A model generated the notes under the pieces. It did not search any database. It was not told the origin of the DNA and saw only the letters and a program-made list of their open reading frames with translations. The translations under genes were made by a program, and so were the position numbers. From IMG/VR virus record IMGVR_UViG_3300027793_000078, positions 1-64,000 of that record: a DNA stretch of 64,000 bases. One strand, given 5' to 3'. Below, piece by piece: positions 41,996 through 51,145 of the stretch (position 1 is the stretch's first letter; the number at the start of each line of letters is the position of its first letter). The DNA is from a virus.

Positions 41996-42135
41996 AAGAT
42001 ACATACAGCAACAAATAAAGCAATCCAAACTGCATATACAGCGTGAAAATCCTGTTCCCTCTGCCAATTTTAACAGAGTATTTATAGAGGGATCGTCTAA
42101 CATTTAGGACAGCAGTACGCAAAAAATGTATCTTG
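41996..42135 (+). ncRNA. CAGCAA-stem RNA member 5 containing a circularly permuted tRNA
   Basis: AAGATAC-ATA-CAGCAA...GTATCTT-G; 3' half 42029-42066 (ends GCCA) precedes 5' half 42086-42116. Confidence 0.85.
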
Positions 42136-42141
42136 TTTTTT

Positions 42142-42287
42142 GAGTATACATGAACAGAATGAAAATTGTATGGCGACGAGTCCTGTAGTCATAAGACAAG
42201 ACGTGAGGACAAAGATATTATCTATAGGTAATATACGAAAAACGTAACGAAGTGTCTTTGTGGGTCAACTAATCCCACTGTATACTC
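42142..42287 (+). ncRNA. Unclassified structured RNA with T-arm-like 3' hairpin
   Basis: GAGTATACA/TGTATACTC closure; GTGGG-TCAACTAAT-CCCAC immediately 5' of the closing strand. Confidence 0.5.
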
Positions 42288-42938
42288 TATATTTTATATG
42301 AATATTATTCCAACTGATGTATTGAACAAAGGTTACAATGCATATGTTCATGTTGAAGGATGGAATAAAGCTGCCGTGTTTGTTTTTGTTGGATTTGAAA
42401 ACGGCCAAAAGAAATTAAAAACACCAAAAACAAATCGTATATTGTATACAAAAAATAATCTAATATATACAAAGCGATATCAATAAATGACAAAATCAAA
42501 ATATCATCCAGAACTTACAATTGCGCCGTGTCCAAATTGTAATTCTACAAATGTAGAAGAATCTGGTGATGATTTTGATGGTGATGTTAGTTGTAATGAT
42601 TGTACTTTAATTACTCCAATTTTTCTTGGAACCAAAAATGCAATAAATGCATGGAACAATAGAAAATATATGGATCAATGGTTCTTTTTAGATCCTGAAT
42701 TACATCAGATGGATTATCAGATTTAAACATTCAAAGTGGATGTTCAATGAAAGCATATTGTTTATGAACAGCAACATGCATGTGTAGGTGAGAAGTCAGA
42801 TATTTGTCGGTGGCAAACTCACATTAAACAAAGTCGAAACCGTCTTAGTCTTCGATATGCATTAGAAAATTAGTTTTCGTTTTGAACAGGAGACACCATT
42901 TTTGAATGTTCTTTTTCAAAATATTGATATTTATATGT

Positions 42939-43583
42939 ATGAAAAAACATATAAAACTCATATCAATTGTTGCCGCATCATTATTATTATTCACAATCGG
43001 TATAATTGCAGGTTGTAAAAAAGAAGAATCATCATCTAATTTGGATAAACAAACACAAGAAAGTTTCAAAGAATTAGAAAAAATGATGGAATTGTCCAAT
43101 CAGCGTGAAAAAGAAAAAAAGCAATTTGAATCACAAAAAAATAATATAATATTTGTTGAAGAAATCCCCCGTGTATTTGCACCAATTGGTGTTACTAACT
43201 TTTTACGAATGAACAACAACCATCCTGTGTATCAGTTGGTTGATAAAAAAGATTTAAATACATATTTAATTGGATTACGTGGATTTTACCTTGATAATAA
43301 AGTATTGGATTGGTACTCAAAAGGAGTATTTGATTGCGGCGATTATGCGATGGGTGCTACTTGGTATGCAAAAGCATGGCATCGTAATACTAAAACAAGA
43401 ATAGATGGTGCGAGTATTGCAGTAGGAACAATATTTTACAAACAAGATTCAACTGGAATTTATCATGCAATTAATGCAGTCATCTTAAAAGATCGAAGCG
43501 TATTGTTCTTTGAGCCACAAATTCAAAATGAAATATCTCTCTCAAAAGCAGAGATACAATCAATAAATTACGTTCAATTCTAA
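42939..43583 (+). CDS. Putative lipoprotein with papain/transglutaminase-like Cys-His-Glu triad
   Basis: Signal peptide ending IAGC; FDCGDYA...HAIN...FFEPQ. Confidence 0.55.
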   Translation: MKKHIKLISIVAASLLLFTIGIIAGCKKEESSSNLDKQTQESFKELEKMMELSNQREKEKKQFESQKNNIIFVEEIPRVFAPIGVTNFLRMNNNHPVYQLVDKKDLNTYLIGLRGFYLDNKVLDWYSKGVFDCGDYAMGATWYAKAWHRNTKTRIDGASIAVGTIFYKQDSTGIYHAINAVILKDRSVLFFEPQIQNEISLSKAEIQSINYVQF

Positions 43584-43941
43584 AAAGTAGTTGACAAACA
43601 TTATTAGAACTGATATTGTATAGTTATCTTAAAAATAAATAATATATGGCATATTTTCATGAAGGAAACTCCTCGGCGCCCCAACCACAACGTCCACAAC
43701 CAAAGATTGGTATCAAAGATACCACTGAAGTTGTTTGTGACAAATGTCAGCACAATGTATTCAATATGGGACTATACTTGCGAAAAGTAAGCCCATTGTT
43801 GAGTGGAACTGGTAAACCAAGCTACTTACCTATTGACAACGTAGCCTTTCATTGTGTAAAGTGTGGGCACGTAAACGACGAGTTTGTTCCAGCAGAATTA
43901 AAGACGAATAAGCTAGTTCCGTAATACTTATTATTATTAAT

Positions 43942-44017
43942 GGCTACGTGGCAGATCGGTTTATGCATCATCCTCATAAGATGAACGAGGTAGGTTCGAC
44001 TCCTACCGTAGCTACCA
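43942..44017 (+). tRNA. tRNA-Met(CAT), elongator-type (Ile2 not excluded)
   Basis: GGCTACG/CGTAGCT, TCATC-CTCATAA-GATGA, ACCA. Confidence 0.88.
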
Positions 44018-44168
44018 ATTTATCATCAAATACATGTTTAAATATAAATTTAAAACGATGATCTACTTTCTCAACGAAACGAGAAAACAATGGCTAGTAA
44101 TTGTTGGATTATACAGTTTTATTTTTATAATTGTATATTTGATTATGAAAAAGATTTTTAACTGATTT

Positions 44169-44384
44169 ATGAAAAAACTATTATTTGCAATATTTTTTGG
44201 ATTGTGTCTAACAGTTGCCAGAGCGTCCGACGATGATGAAGATCGTGGTCGTGGTCGTGGTCGTGGCCGTGATGACGATGATGAAGTTGTAACTGTTGTT
44301 CCTGAACCATCTACGTATGCGGCTATTGGATTTGTGACAGTGGCAGTTGCGTTCACCGTTTATAGAAATAAACGCAAGAGTTAA
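44169..44384 (+). CDS. Minimal PEP-CTERM protein
   Basis: Signal peptide, DDDEDRGRGRGRGRDDDDE, VPEPST + TM helix + RNKRK. Confidence 0.8.
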   Translation: MKKLLFAIFFGLCLTVARASDDDEDRGRGRGRGRDDDDEVVTVVPEPSTYAAIGFVTVAVAFTVYRNKRKS

Positions 44385-44522
44385 TTTTGCCAGTTACTAA
44401 ACTGGATGGTGGAGGGTGCCATAATTGGCTATGCCCCTAAATGGTGGTTAGATTTTAAACTTTTAACCACCATTTTTAAAAATTTTGACGTTTTGTTAAA
44501 AGCGTATATAGTTATGATTAAT

Positions 44523-44596
44523 GCGAGCATGATGTAGTGGTAGCGTTCGACCTTGCCAAGGTTGGTGTGCGGGTTCGATTCCCGCTGCTCGCTCCA
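44523..44596 (+). tRNA. tRNA-Gly(GCC)
   Basis: GCGAGCA/TGCTCGC, U73, CGACC-TTGCCAA-GGTTG, TCCA. Confidence 0.93.
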
Positions 44597-44602
44597 ATTT
44601 CA

Positions 44603-44630
44603 AAAACCCATCATTTATTTGATGGGTTTT
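44603..44630 (+). terminator. Intrinsic terminator
   Basis: AAAACCCATCA/TGATGGGTTTT. Confidence 0.75.
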
Positions 44631-44655
44631 GTCGTTTATATAGATATTTATCTAC

Positions 44656-45063
44656 ATGACAAAGAGTGATAAATACGCAATATACAAGTTTGTGAAATTT
44701 GTGAAAGACGAATTGGGCATCACTGTGCCTTTCAAAATAAGAACAAGCGAAGACCGTAGCGGATTCAAGACATTTGCATATTACAATCCAAACGATCAAG
44801 TGATTGCAGTATATATTAAAAATCGTTCACTGCCTGATGTAATGCGTAGTATTGCTCATGAATTGGTACATCATTACGATCATCAAACTGGATTAGCACA
44901 AAAGCAACAAAATCCAGATGTTGGTGTTTACAATAACGATGCCGAAAAAAGCATCGAAGCAAATGATATCGAAAATAGAGCAAATGCAATTGCAGGATCT
45001 CTTATAAAGAAATTCGGCTATGCAAATTCTGATTTAAATATTTGGGGTGACGTAGCTAATTAA
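44656..45063 (+). CDS. Zincin-like metallopeptidase domain protein
   Basis: IAHELVH motif, downstream E..AN. Confidence 0.6.
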   Translation: MTKSDKYAIYKFVKFVKDELGITVPFKIRTSEDRSGFKTFAYYNPNDQVIAVYIKNRSLPDVMRSIAHELVHHYDHQTGLAQKQQNPDVGVYNNDAEKSIEANDIENRANAIAGSLIKKFGYANSDLNIWGDVAN

Positions 45064-45641
45064 CCTAAAACCAATTTATTATTTCCCGATCCATCTGTTT
45101 TAAGTATAACTTTACCGTAACGATTCAGATAAGTGTTATGGCTTTTGCGAATCAATGAAAGTGTTTCGGCAGTATCGATCCATCCATTAATTTTTACAGT
45201 TTTCTTTTTCTTTTTATCATTATTCTTATAATGTTCAAAAAAGTCTTCAATAACTTCCAATAACAGTGGATCTAAATTACTTAGATCATTTAGATTATTT
45301 TGATTAAAAGTAGGAATTCCTAACACTTTATAATCATCAATACCATCGTCAATCATATGCAATGCGCCAATAGGACGCACTTCTACAAGAACCAAACTTT
45401 GAATTGGAACGTTGCTGTAAACCATTATATCTAATGGATCGCCGTCATCACTTATGGTTTGTGGCACAAATCCATAACTTGCTGGATAACGCATAGAGCT
45501 AATTAAACATCTATCCAATTTTAATAATCCCAAATTGACATCATATTCATATTTGGCATTTGTATCTTTTGGAATTTCTATAATACTATTGATTGTATTT
45601 GGAAATTGCTCTCCAATTGATATATGTAACAAATTTTGCAT
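45060..45641 (-). CDS. ppa: Inorganic pyrophosphatase (family I)
   Basis: IEIP...KYE...YP..YGFVPQT..DDGDPLD...MIDDG.DDYK. Confidence 0.93.
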   Translation of the reverse strand: MQNLLHISIGEQFPNTINSIIEIPKDTNAKYEYDVNLGLLKLDRCLISSMRYPASYGFVPQTISDDGDPLDIMVYSNVPIQSLVLVEVRPIGALHMIDDGIDDYKVLGIPTFNQNNLNDLSNLDPLLLEVIEDFFEHYKNNDKKKKKTVKINGWIDTAETLSLIRKSHNTYLNRYGKVILKTDGSGNNKLVLG

Positions 45642-45886
45642 AAATTATTTATTCACGGCATTTTCACTTCTATACGTGGTGTTTTTGTAACAACAAATCC
45701 CTCATCTATTAAATACTTGCCAATTTTATCACATGTGGGTTTGAAGTCATAAAAAGGAATATTTTGATCATTGAATATACGAATTAATTTTTGTTGTGTC
45801 ACGGTTACACGTATTTTAAAAAATACTCCTTCGATAACATCAGACTCTTGTTTATTCATATGAATTAGGTTAACCAGATTTAGTTT

Positions 45887-46351
45887 ATGTGTCAACACAA
45901 AAACACGGCATCTTTGATTATAAATAGATATTTATATTCTGTAAAAGCACAAATGTTTGCATACGATCTAATAAAATCCAAACACATGAAACTTCCTAGA
46001 AACTGGCGGTGCTATTTAAACATTGTAGAAAAACGATACTCCAGTAAAGAAGTAGAATACATACTAACATTAAAATTACCCGGAAAAATACAATATGTAG
46101 ATATAGGATATATCACAATTCAAAAAAAAGGAAAATACAATTTTGTAAAAGTTGCCAGTGTAATTGTAAATTACAGAGGTAAAGGATGTGGTAGCATGTT
46201 ATACGAACATGCAATTAATAAATTAGGCAGTTTAAGTACCAATTATCATTTGGCAAGTAATCTTGCTCAACGTGTATGGAAAAGATTGATAAAAAAATAT
46301 AAACACAAGGACGATTTTTTCACTGGTGTATTAACAGTCTTCAAAAAATAA
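45887..46351 (+). CDS. GNAT-like acetyltransferase (start probably downstream)
   Basis: VNYRGKGCGSMLY motif A; S..AQRVW. Confidence 0.6.
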   Translation: MCQHKNTASLIINRYLYSVKAQMFAYDLIKSKHMKLPRNWRCYLNIVEKRYSSKEVEYILTLKLPGKIQYVDIGYITIQKKGKYNFVKVASVIVNYRGKGCGSMLYEHAINKLGSLSTNYHLASNLAQRVWKRLIKKYKHKDDFFTGVLTVFKK

Positions 46352-47220
46352 GATTGACACTTCAAAAGGGTGCTGCTACATTACAAACAATGAAAACGTT
46401 GTCCACCTTGCGAGAACTTTTTGTGAGTTGTAATCTGATGTCAGTGTATACAATTTTGTATCACAAACACACGGCTTTCATGCATGCACTCCAAAAAGAT
46501 AGTCCTTCATTTGAAGAATATACGACTGTATTCAAAAATGTTATTGTTCAAATGATGTTGAAGCCGATTAAAAAGTCAAAATCGGCTATGCCATTGTATG
46601 TTTCCTATCAGATAAACACAATTGAAGGAAATGATGAAAGTTATTATTTTGTTTCTTTTTTGAATTTGAAATATGTAGAACCGCCAAAAGATTGCAAACC
46701 TTGGGGCGGCAGCAATCATCCTGAAGGTTATTATAACTGTAACCTCAATAAATACAACAAGTTTTTTGCTGTTGTTGGCAACAATTGGACGCAATTGGTT
46801 AATTCCACTGTAATAGTCGATCAATCTGCACTTGATGCCAATATTACAAATGAACAATTGGTTGCAGAAATTCTTTGGGAAATTACTTTTTATGGGTATT
46901 CTGAAAAGAAATCCGATCAGGTTCTAAAAAATATAAACAAGCGTGTAACGGAAGTAAAAAAATCCTTATCTAAAAAGAAGAAATAATATTTATTTGTAAC
47001 CATGAGTGAACAAATTGAAACTATTCTTGAAAACCACTGTGCAATGTTGAAAAACATTGATACAAATCAAAATATCGCAAAGATTGTAAAGGCAATAGAT
47101 TCTCTTACACAATCTACCTACGCAGAAATTTATGCATTGCGCGATGGACGAAAAAACGGTACATACGAAGCAATGGCAAAGAAACACGGACATTGCTGTT
47201 GAATAAATAATAAAGGTTAT

Positions 47221-47823
47221 ATGATTTACATTGAAGCACCAAATCACGAACACGATAACAATAAAGATTTGCCAAAAGTATTTTTAGGCGGTGGCATCAC
47301 CAATTGTAAAGATTGGCAATTTGATCTTGTTGAAGACCTACGTGATTTAAATTGTATTGTTTATAATCCACGCAGAAAATCTTTTGATCTTAAAGACCCT
47401 AACCAAAGTGAAATCCAAATTCGTTGGGAACACAGATATTTGAGTGATTCTGATATTGTTGTTTTTTACTTTAGTAGCGAAACCCTTTGTCCAATTACAC
47501 TTTTTGAGCTTGGTGCGCGTTTAATGTCTAATCTATTTAGTCCTTATCAATCAATTTACATTTACTGCGAGTCAGATTATCAACGTAAATTTGACGTTGA
47601 GTTTCAAACCAAACTTGCACAAGATTCATTTGTTAATAGTCAGGAAATAAATTATAAATTGTTTGGTGAGGGACATTACACGCCACATTTACAGGATAAG
47701 ATTAAAAAAATGAGAATTGAAGGACCACAAAAATACGGGTATGATGTACGTTGTTTCGATAACTATGACGTATTTGTATTGACACTAACTGAACGTATTA
47801 GAAAAGGAAAATATCATGACTAA
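47221..47823 (+). CDS. Nucleoside 2-deoxyribosyltransferase-like protein
   Basis: VFLGGGI..C.DWQ, YNPRR, QIRWE, PITLFELG. Confidence 0.8.
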   Translation: MIYIEAPNHEHDNNKDLPKVFLGGGITNCKDWQFDLVEDLRDLNCIVYNPRRKSFDLKDPNQSEIQIRWEHRYLSDSDIVVFYFSSETLCPITLFELGARLMSNLFSPYQSIYIYCESDYQRKFDVEFQTKLAQDSFVNSQEINYKLFGEGHYTPHLQDKIKKMRIEGPQKYGYDVRCFDNYDVFVLTLTERIRKGKYHD

Positions 47824-47999
47824 CATTAGCGAATTTGAACGAACCAAACCAACCGTCACTATGAGAAATTTGAAGAAATCGATCAACAAAATATTTGATC
47901 GCATGCCTCATGCTGAGAGTCATAGCGAACAAATTTTCTTGTCTGATTTGAATAAATTGTTGGTTGAAACCGTTCAAAGTCTCAAAAAAGGAGAATAAA

Positions 48000-48419
48000 A
48001 TGCGTTTGACTTGGGAACAAACAGCTATGAATTTGGCATTTGATATTGCCAAATATCGCAGTGAAGATCCATATGTTAAAGTTGGCGCCTGTATTATCAA
48101 GAAAGATAAAAGTATCATTCTTGGATACAATGGTGCCCCAAAAGGAATGACAATGGATTGGAGCAACAGAGACGAACGACGCAAATGGGTATTTCATGCA
48201 GAAAGTAATGTTCTCAACAGAATTTTGCCGGGCGAAGCGGAATTGCTTGCAGTTACCCACATTCCATGTATAGAATGTCTCAAAGTTATCAAGCAGAAAG
48301 AAATTAACACTGTATATTACAGCATTCGTAGTCCACAATATAATCCTGAGTATGTGGAGCAAATGGCAAATATTTTTCAAATAAATCTAATTCAATTAAA
48401 TTATGTCACAGTTCAATAA
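48000..48419 (+). CDS. dCMP deaminase
   Basis: SEDPYVKVGA, GYNG, HAE.N, PC.EC. Confidence 0.88.
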   Translation: MRLTWEQTAMNLAFDIAKYRSEDPYVKVGACIIKKDKSIILGYNGAPKGMTMDWSNRDERRKWVFHAESNVLNRILPGEAELLAVTHIPCIECLKVIKQKEINTVYYSIRSPQYNPEYVEQMANIFQINLIQLNYVTVQ

Positions 48420-49131
48420 AATTATTCAAATTAAGAAAATTGCTGCTGTGGGTGGTGGTCTTGCTCCTATGGAAAAAGACAAGTATGTTCCCGGTACAGC
48501 AAATAACATTTCCGAAAACAAAAGTTTACCTATTGAATATTCAATTGAAGGTAATTTATTGCATCCACTTGAAGTTGGCAATGTAGTTTTTGTCGCTAGA
48601 ACTAAACGAAATGGTATAGCTGCCAACGGTTATTTTCAAACAAGCAAAATAACCGAAGTTACCGATAATACGTTCAAAACCCAAAACAGCATTTACGCTT
48701 ACAATTTTCTATAATTTATGCCTTGCTATAATGATTATCCTAGTGATGAAGAAATTCAATCTTCAAAACAAAAAAATGAATTGAAACAAGAACTCGACAA
48801 AGTGACACAATTATTGTGTGCAACACTACGTCGCCTTGAAATGGAACATGATATTAATATGAAATCGGCTGGGCAATTTTATTCACATCCATCTTTGCCT
48901 GACGATTATATTGATGAAATTGAAGGATTGGAGGCGTGGTGGACTGAACATAAAAAATGGGATGAATTGCGTTTAATTCGTGAAGAAGCACAACGTAAGG
49001 AATCGGAAAAACAAAATTTGATTAAAATTGCCCTCAGTAAATTGAATGACAAAGAAAAAGAAGCGTTAGGGTTCTGAGTTCCGGCTATAAAAATCATTGA
49101 CATCGAAAAAAACTTCTGTAGAGTCGTGTGA

Positions 49132-49566
49132 ATGAACGATGAAGTACAACAACAGATCAATTCACAAGTAGATAAAGCCCGTTTAATTGCTATCTCGGCA
49201 CATTCTGGTCAATTTAGACGGGACGGAAAAACTTCTTATATTGAACATCCTTACGCTGTCGCCAAGCGTGTCGCACATTTGGGTGAAAAATATGTTTGCG
49301 TAGCATTGCTGCATGATGTACTGGAAGACACTAAAGTAACCGCACACGATCTATTGACAATGGGAATTGAAGAGGATATTGTTGTTGCTGTCCAACTTCT
49401 CACAAAGCATCCCAGTCGCAGTTATGATGAATATCTCAAACTAGTTAAATTAAATGGACTTGCCAGAGAAGTCAAAATTGCGGATATGTTGAGCAATCTC
49501 GCGGACAGTCCCACCAACAAACAAATTCGCAAATACTCACAAGGTCTGTTGTTTCTAACTGAATAA
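49132..49566 (+). CDS. HD-domain (p)ppGpp hydrolase-like (Mesh1/SpoT-HD) protein
   Basis: AH.GQ.R...Y..HP, ALLHDVLEDT, VKIAD..SN. Confidence 0.8.
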   Translation: MNDEVQQQINSQVDKARLIAISAHSGQFRRDGKTSYIEHPYAVAKRVAHLGEKYVCVALLHDVLEDTKVTAHDLLTMGIEEDIVVAVQLLTKHPSRSYDEYLKLVKLNGLAREVKIADMLSNLADSPTNKQIRKYSQGLLFLTE

Positions 49567-50096
49567 ATATATGAATAAAATGTACTTAGTTTTAGGTGAT
49601 TGGTCCGGCGACGGCCACGGAAAATCTGAAGAAGTATTACTACAAAGTAATGTTAACGTAAAAACTATCCAGCAGGCATACAAGGATAGTTGCAAGTTGA
49701 CCGGCGTTTCTTTCCATCATAATGAAGATTACACTGGTCTTAATCGAAATTGGAAAGAGCGTGATGAATATCAAATTGCGACCGAATATGAACGTTCCGG
49801 AATACCAGCAAAAGCACTTACGGAGCTTATAAAACACGGATTTCAAGAGGCATTTCTTGACAATAAAAAATATGATTTTGATGGATGGAAGAACGACTTG
49901 AAAGTAGGTGAGGACATAGAATATGATTCTGACACGTTCACTGAAATTTGGATTTGGTTCGTTAAATTGAGTCTTCCCGAGAATACAATTTTGGAGAAAG
50001 TTAATGTGAACGATGAAACTCCATATATCAATGGTTATTGGGATAAGAATCTAAATGTTCAATTTGGTTACGGTCTATATTATTCTTAAACAGCAT

Positions 50097-50450
50097 ATGA
50101 ACAGATTTAAATTCCGTGTATGGGATACAATCAACAAAGAATTCATTGATAATGAATATTTTAGAATCACTGGAAACGGAAATGTTGAGAATTTTCTAAA
50201 CGAAAGTGAAAACGATACAAATTGCGTAATTACTCAATTCACAGGATTGCGTGATAAAAACGGACGTAAAATTTACGAAGGTGATATTGTAAGAAAATAT
50301 TGGCAAAACAACAATACCAATGGATTTGTGTCGTTTGAAGTAAAATACAATCAACAACACTGTGGATTTGGTATCAGCCTTGGTAAAAATCATCAATATG
50401 AAGTGATCGGCAATGTGTTTGAAAACCCTGAACTTGTAAATACATTATGA
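50097..50450 (+). CDS. YopX family protein
   Basis: KFRVWD, QFTGL.DKNG..IYEGDI, EVIGNVFENPEL. Confidence 0.85.
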   Translation: MNRFKFRVWDTINKEFIDNEYFRITGNGNVENFLNESENDTNCVITQFTGLRDKNGRKIYEGDIVRKYWQNNNTNGFVSFEVKYNQQHCGFGISLGKNHQYEVIGNVFENPELVNTL

Positions 50451-51139
50451 ATGCAACGATCCATGCAGAGTTGAGCGTTAAACGGAGAGGTGGAGAAATT
50501 AGTGATTACTATGGTATCCACGACTTTATTGATTGTAGCAAAGAAGTTGAAGCTACAAATAAACATCGATTTCTTACTCATACGATGTTTTTCGTCAAGG
50601 AAGCTATGATTCCTATTTTTGGAAATAGCATTCATATCAAAGGTGGCAAACCTGTAAATATGAAGGATATGCTTGAACAGGATCATATTGTTGCCGATTA
50701 TGGTGGCAAGTTTATTCCTACTTTGACCGATTTCACTGATGAAATTGAAGATCACGCAGATGATGAAAGTATCATTAAAGATTTTCAGAGCGACAATGCT
50801 GCATTTTTTCAAGAACATACAGATGTTTATCGTACCATGATGGCACCATTACATCTTACTGGCAAGGTCAAAGGACTATTTGCCACGCACAATAGCTGGT
50901 TTATAGGTATTATTTTGCCGCGTATTTATCCCCATATTAAGATGGAAGTGAAAAACTACAATATCAATTGTTCGTTTTTCTTTAATCGCATGAATTACAA
51001 GGGATGGATGCAAAATGGTAAAGGTGTGCCTCCTAGTTTTGAGCGAATGGAAAACGCAAAAGTTGCTCGTAGAATTGCTTTGACACACCGTACCACAGAT
51101 GATAACGTGGCAACACATAAAGCAGATTTTGGAGATTAA
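50447..51139 (+). CDS. DUF6915-like protein (extended homolog of 9362)
   Basis: HA..SVK..GG...DY..IH...D.SK.....HR.L.H...EQ.H...D....IP. Confidence 0.65.
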   Translation: MNATIHAELSVKRRGGEISDYYGIHDFIDCSKEVEATNKHRFLTHTMFFVKEAMIPIFGNSIHIKGGKPVNMKDMLEQDHIVADYGGKFIPTLTDFTDEIEDHADDESIIKDFQSDNAAFFQEHTDVYRTMMAPLHLTGKVKGLFATHNSWFIGIILPRIYPHIKMEVKNYNINCSFFFNRMNYKGWMQNGKGVPPSFERMENAKVARRIALTHRTTDDNVATHKADFGD

Positions 51140-51145
51140 AACAAT

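Noticed and set aside
37684-42135. CAGCAA repeats as a CRISPR array
   Set aside because: Irregular spacing, covarying rather than identical repeats, interleaved tRNAs and no cas genes in the window.
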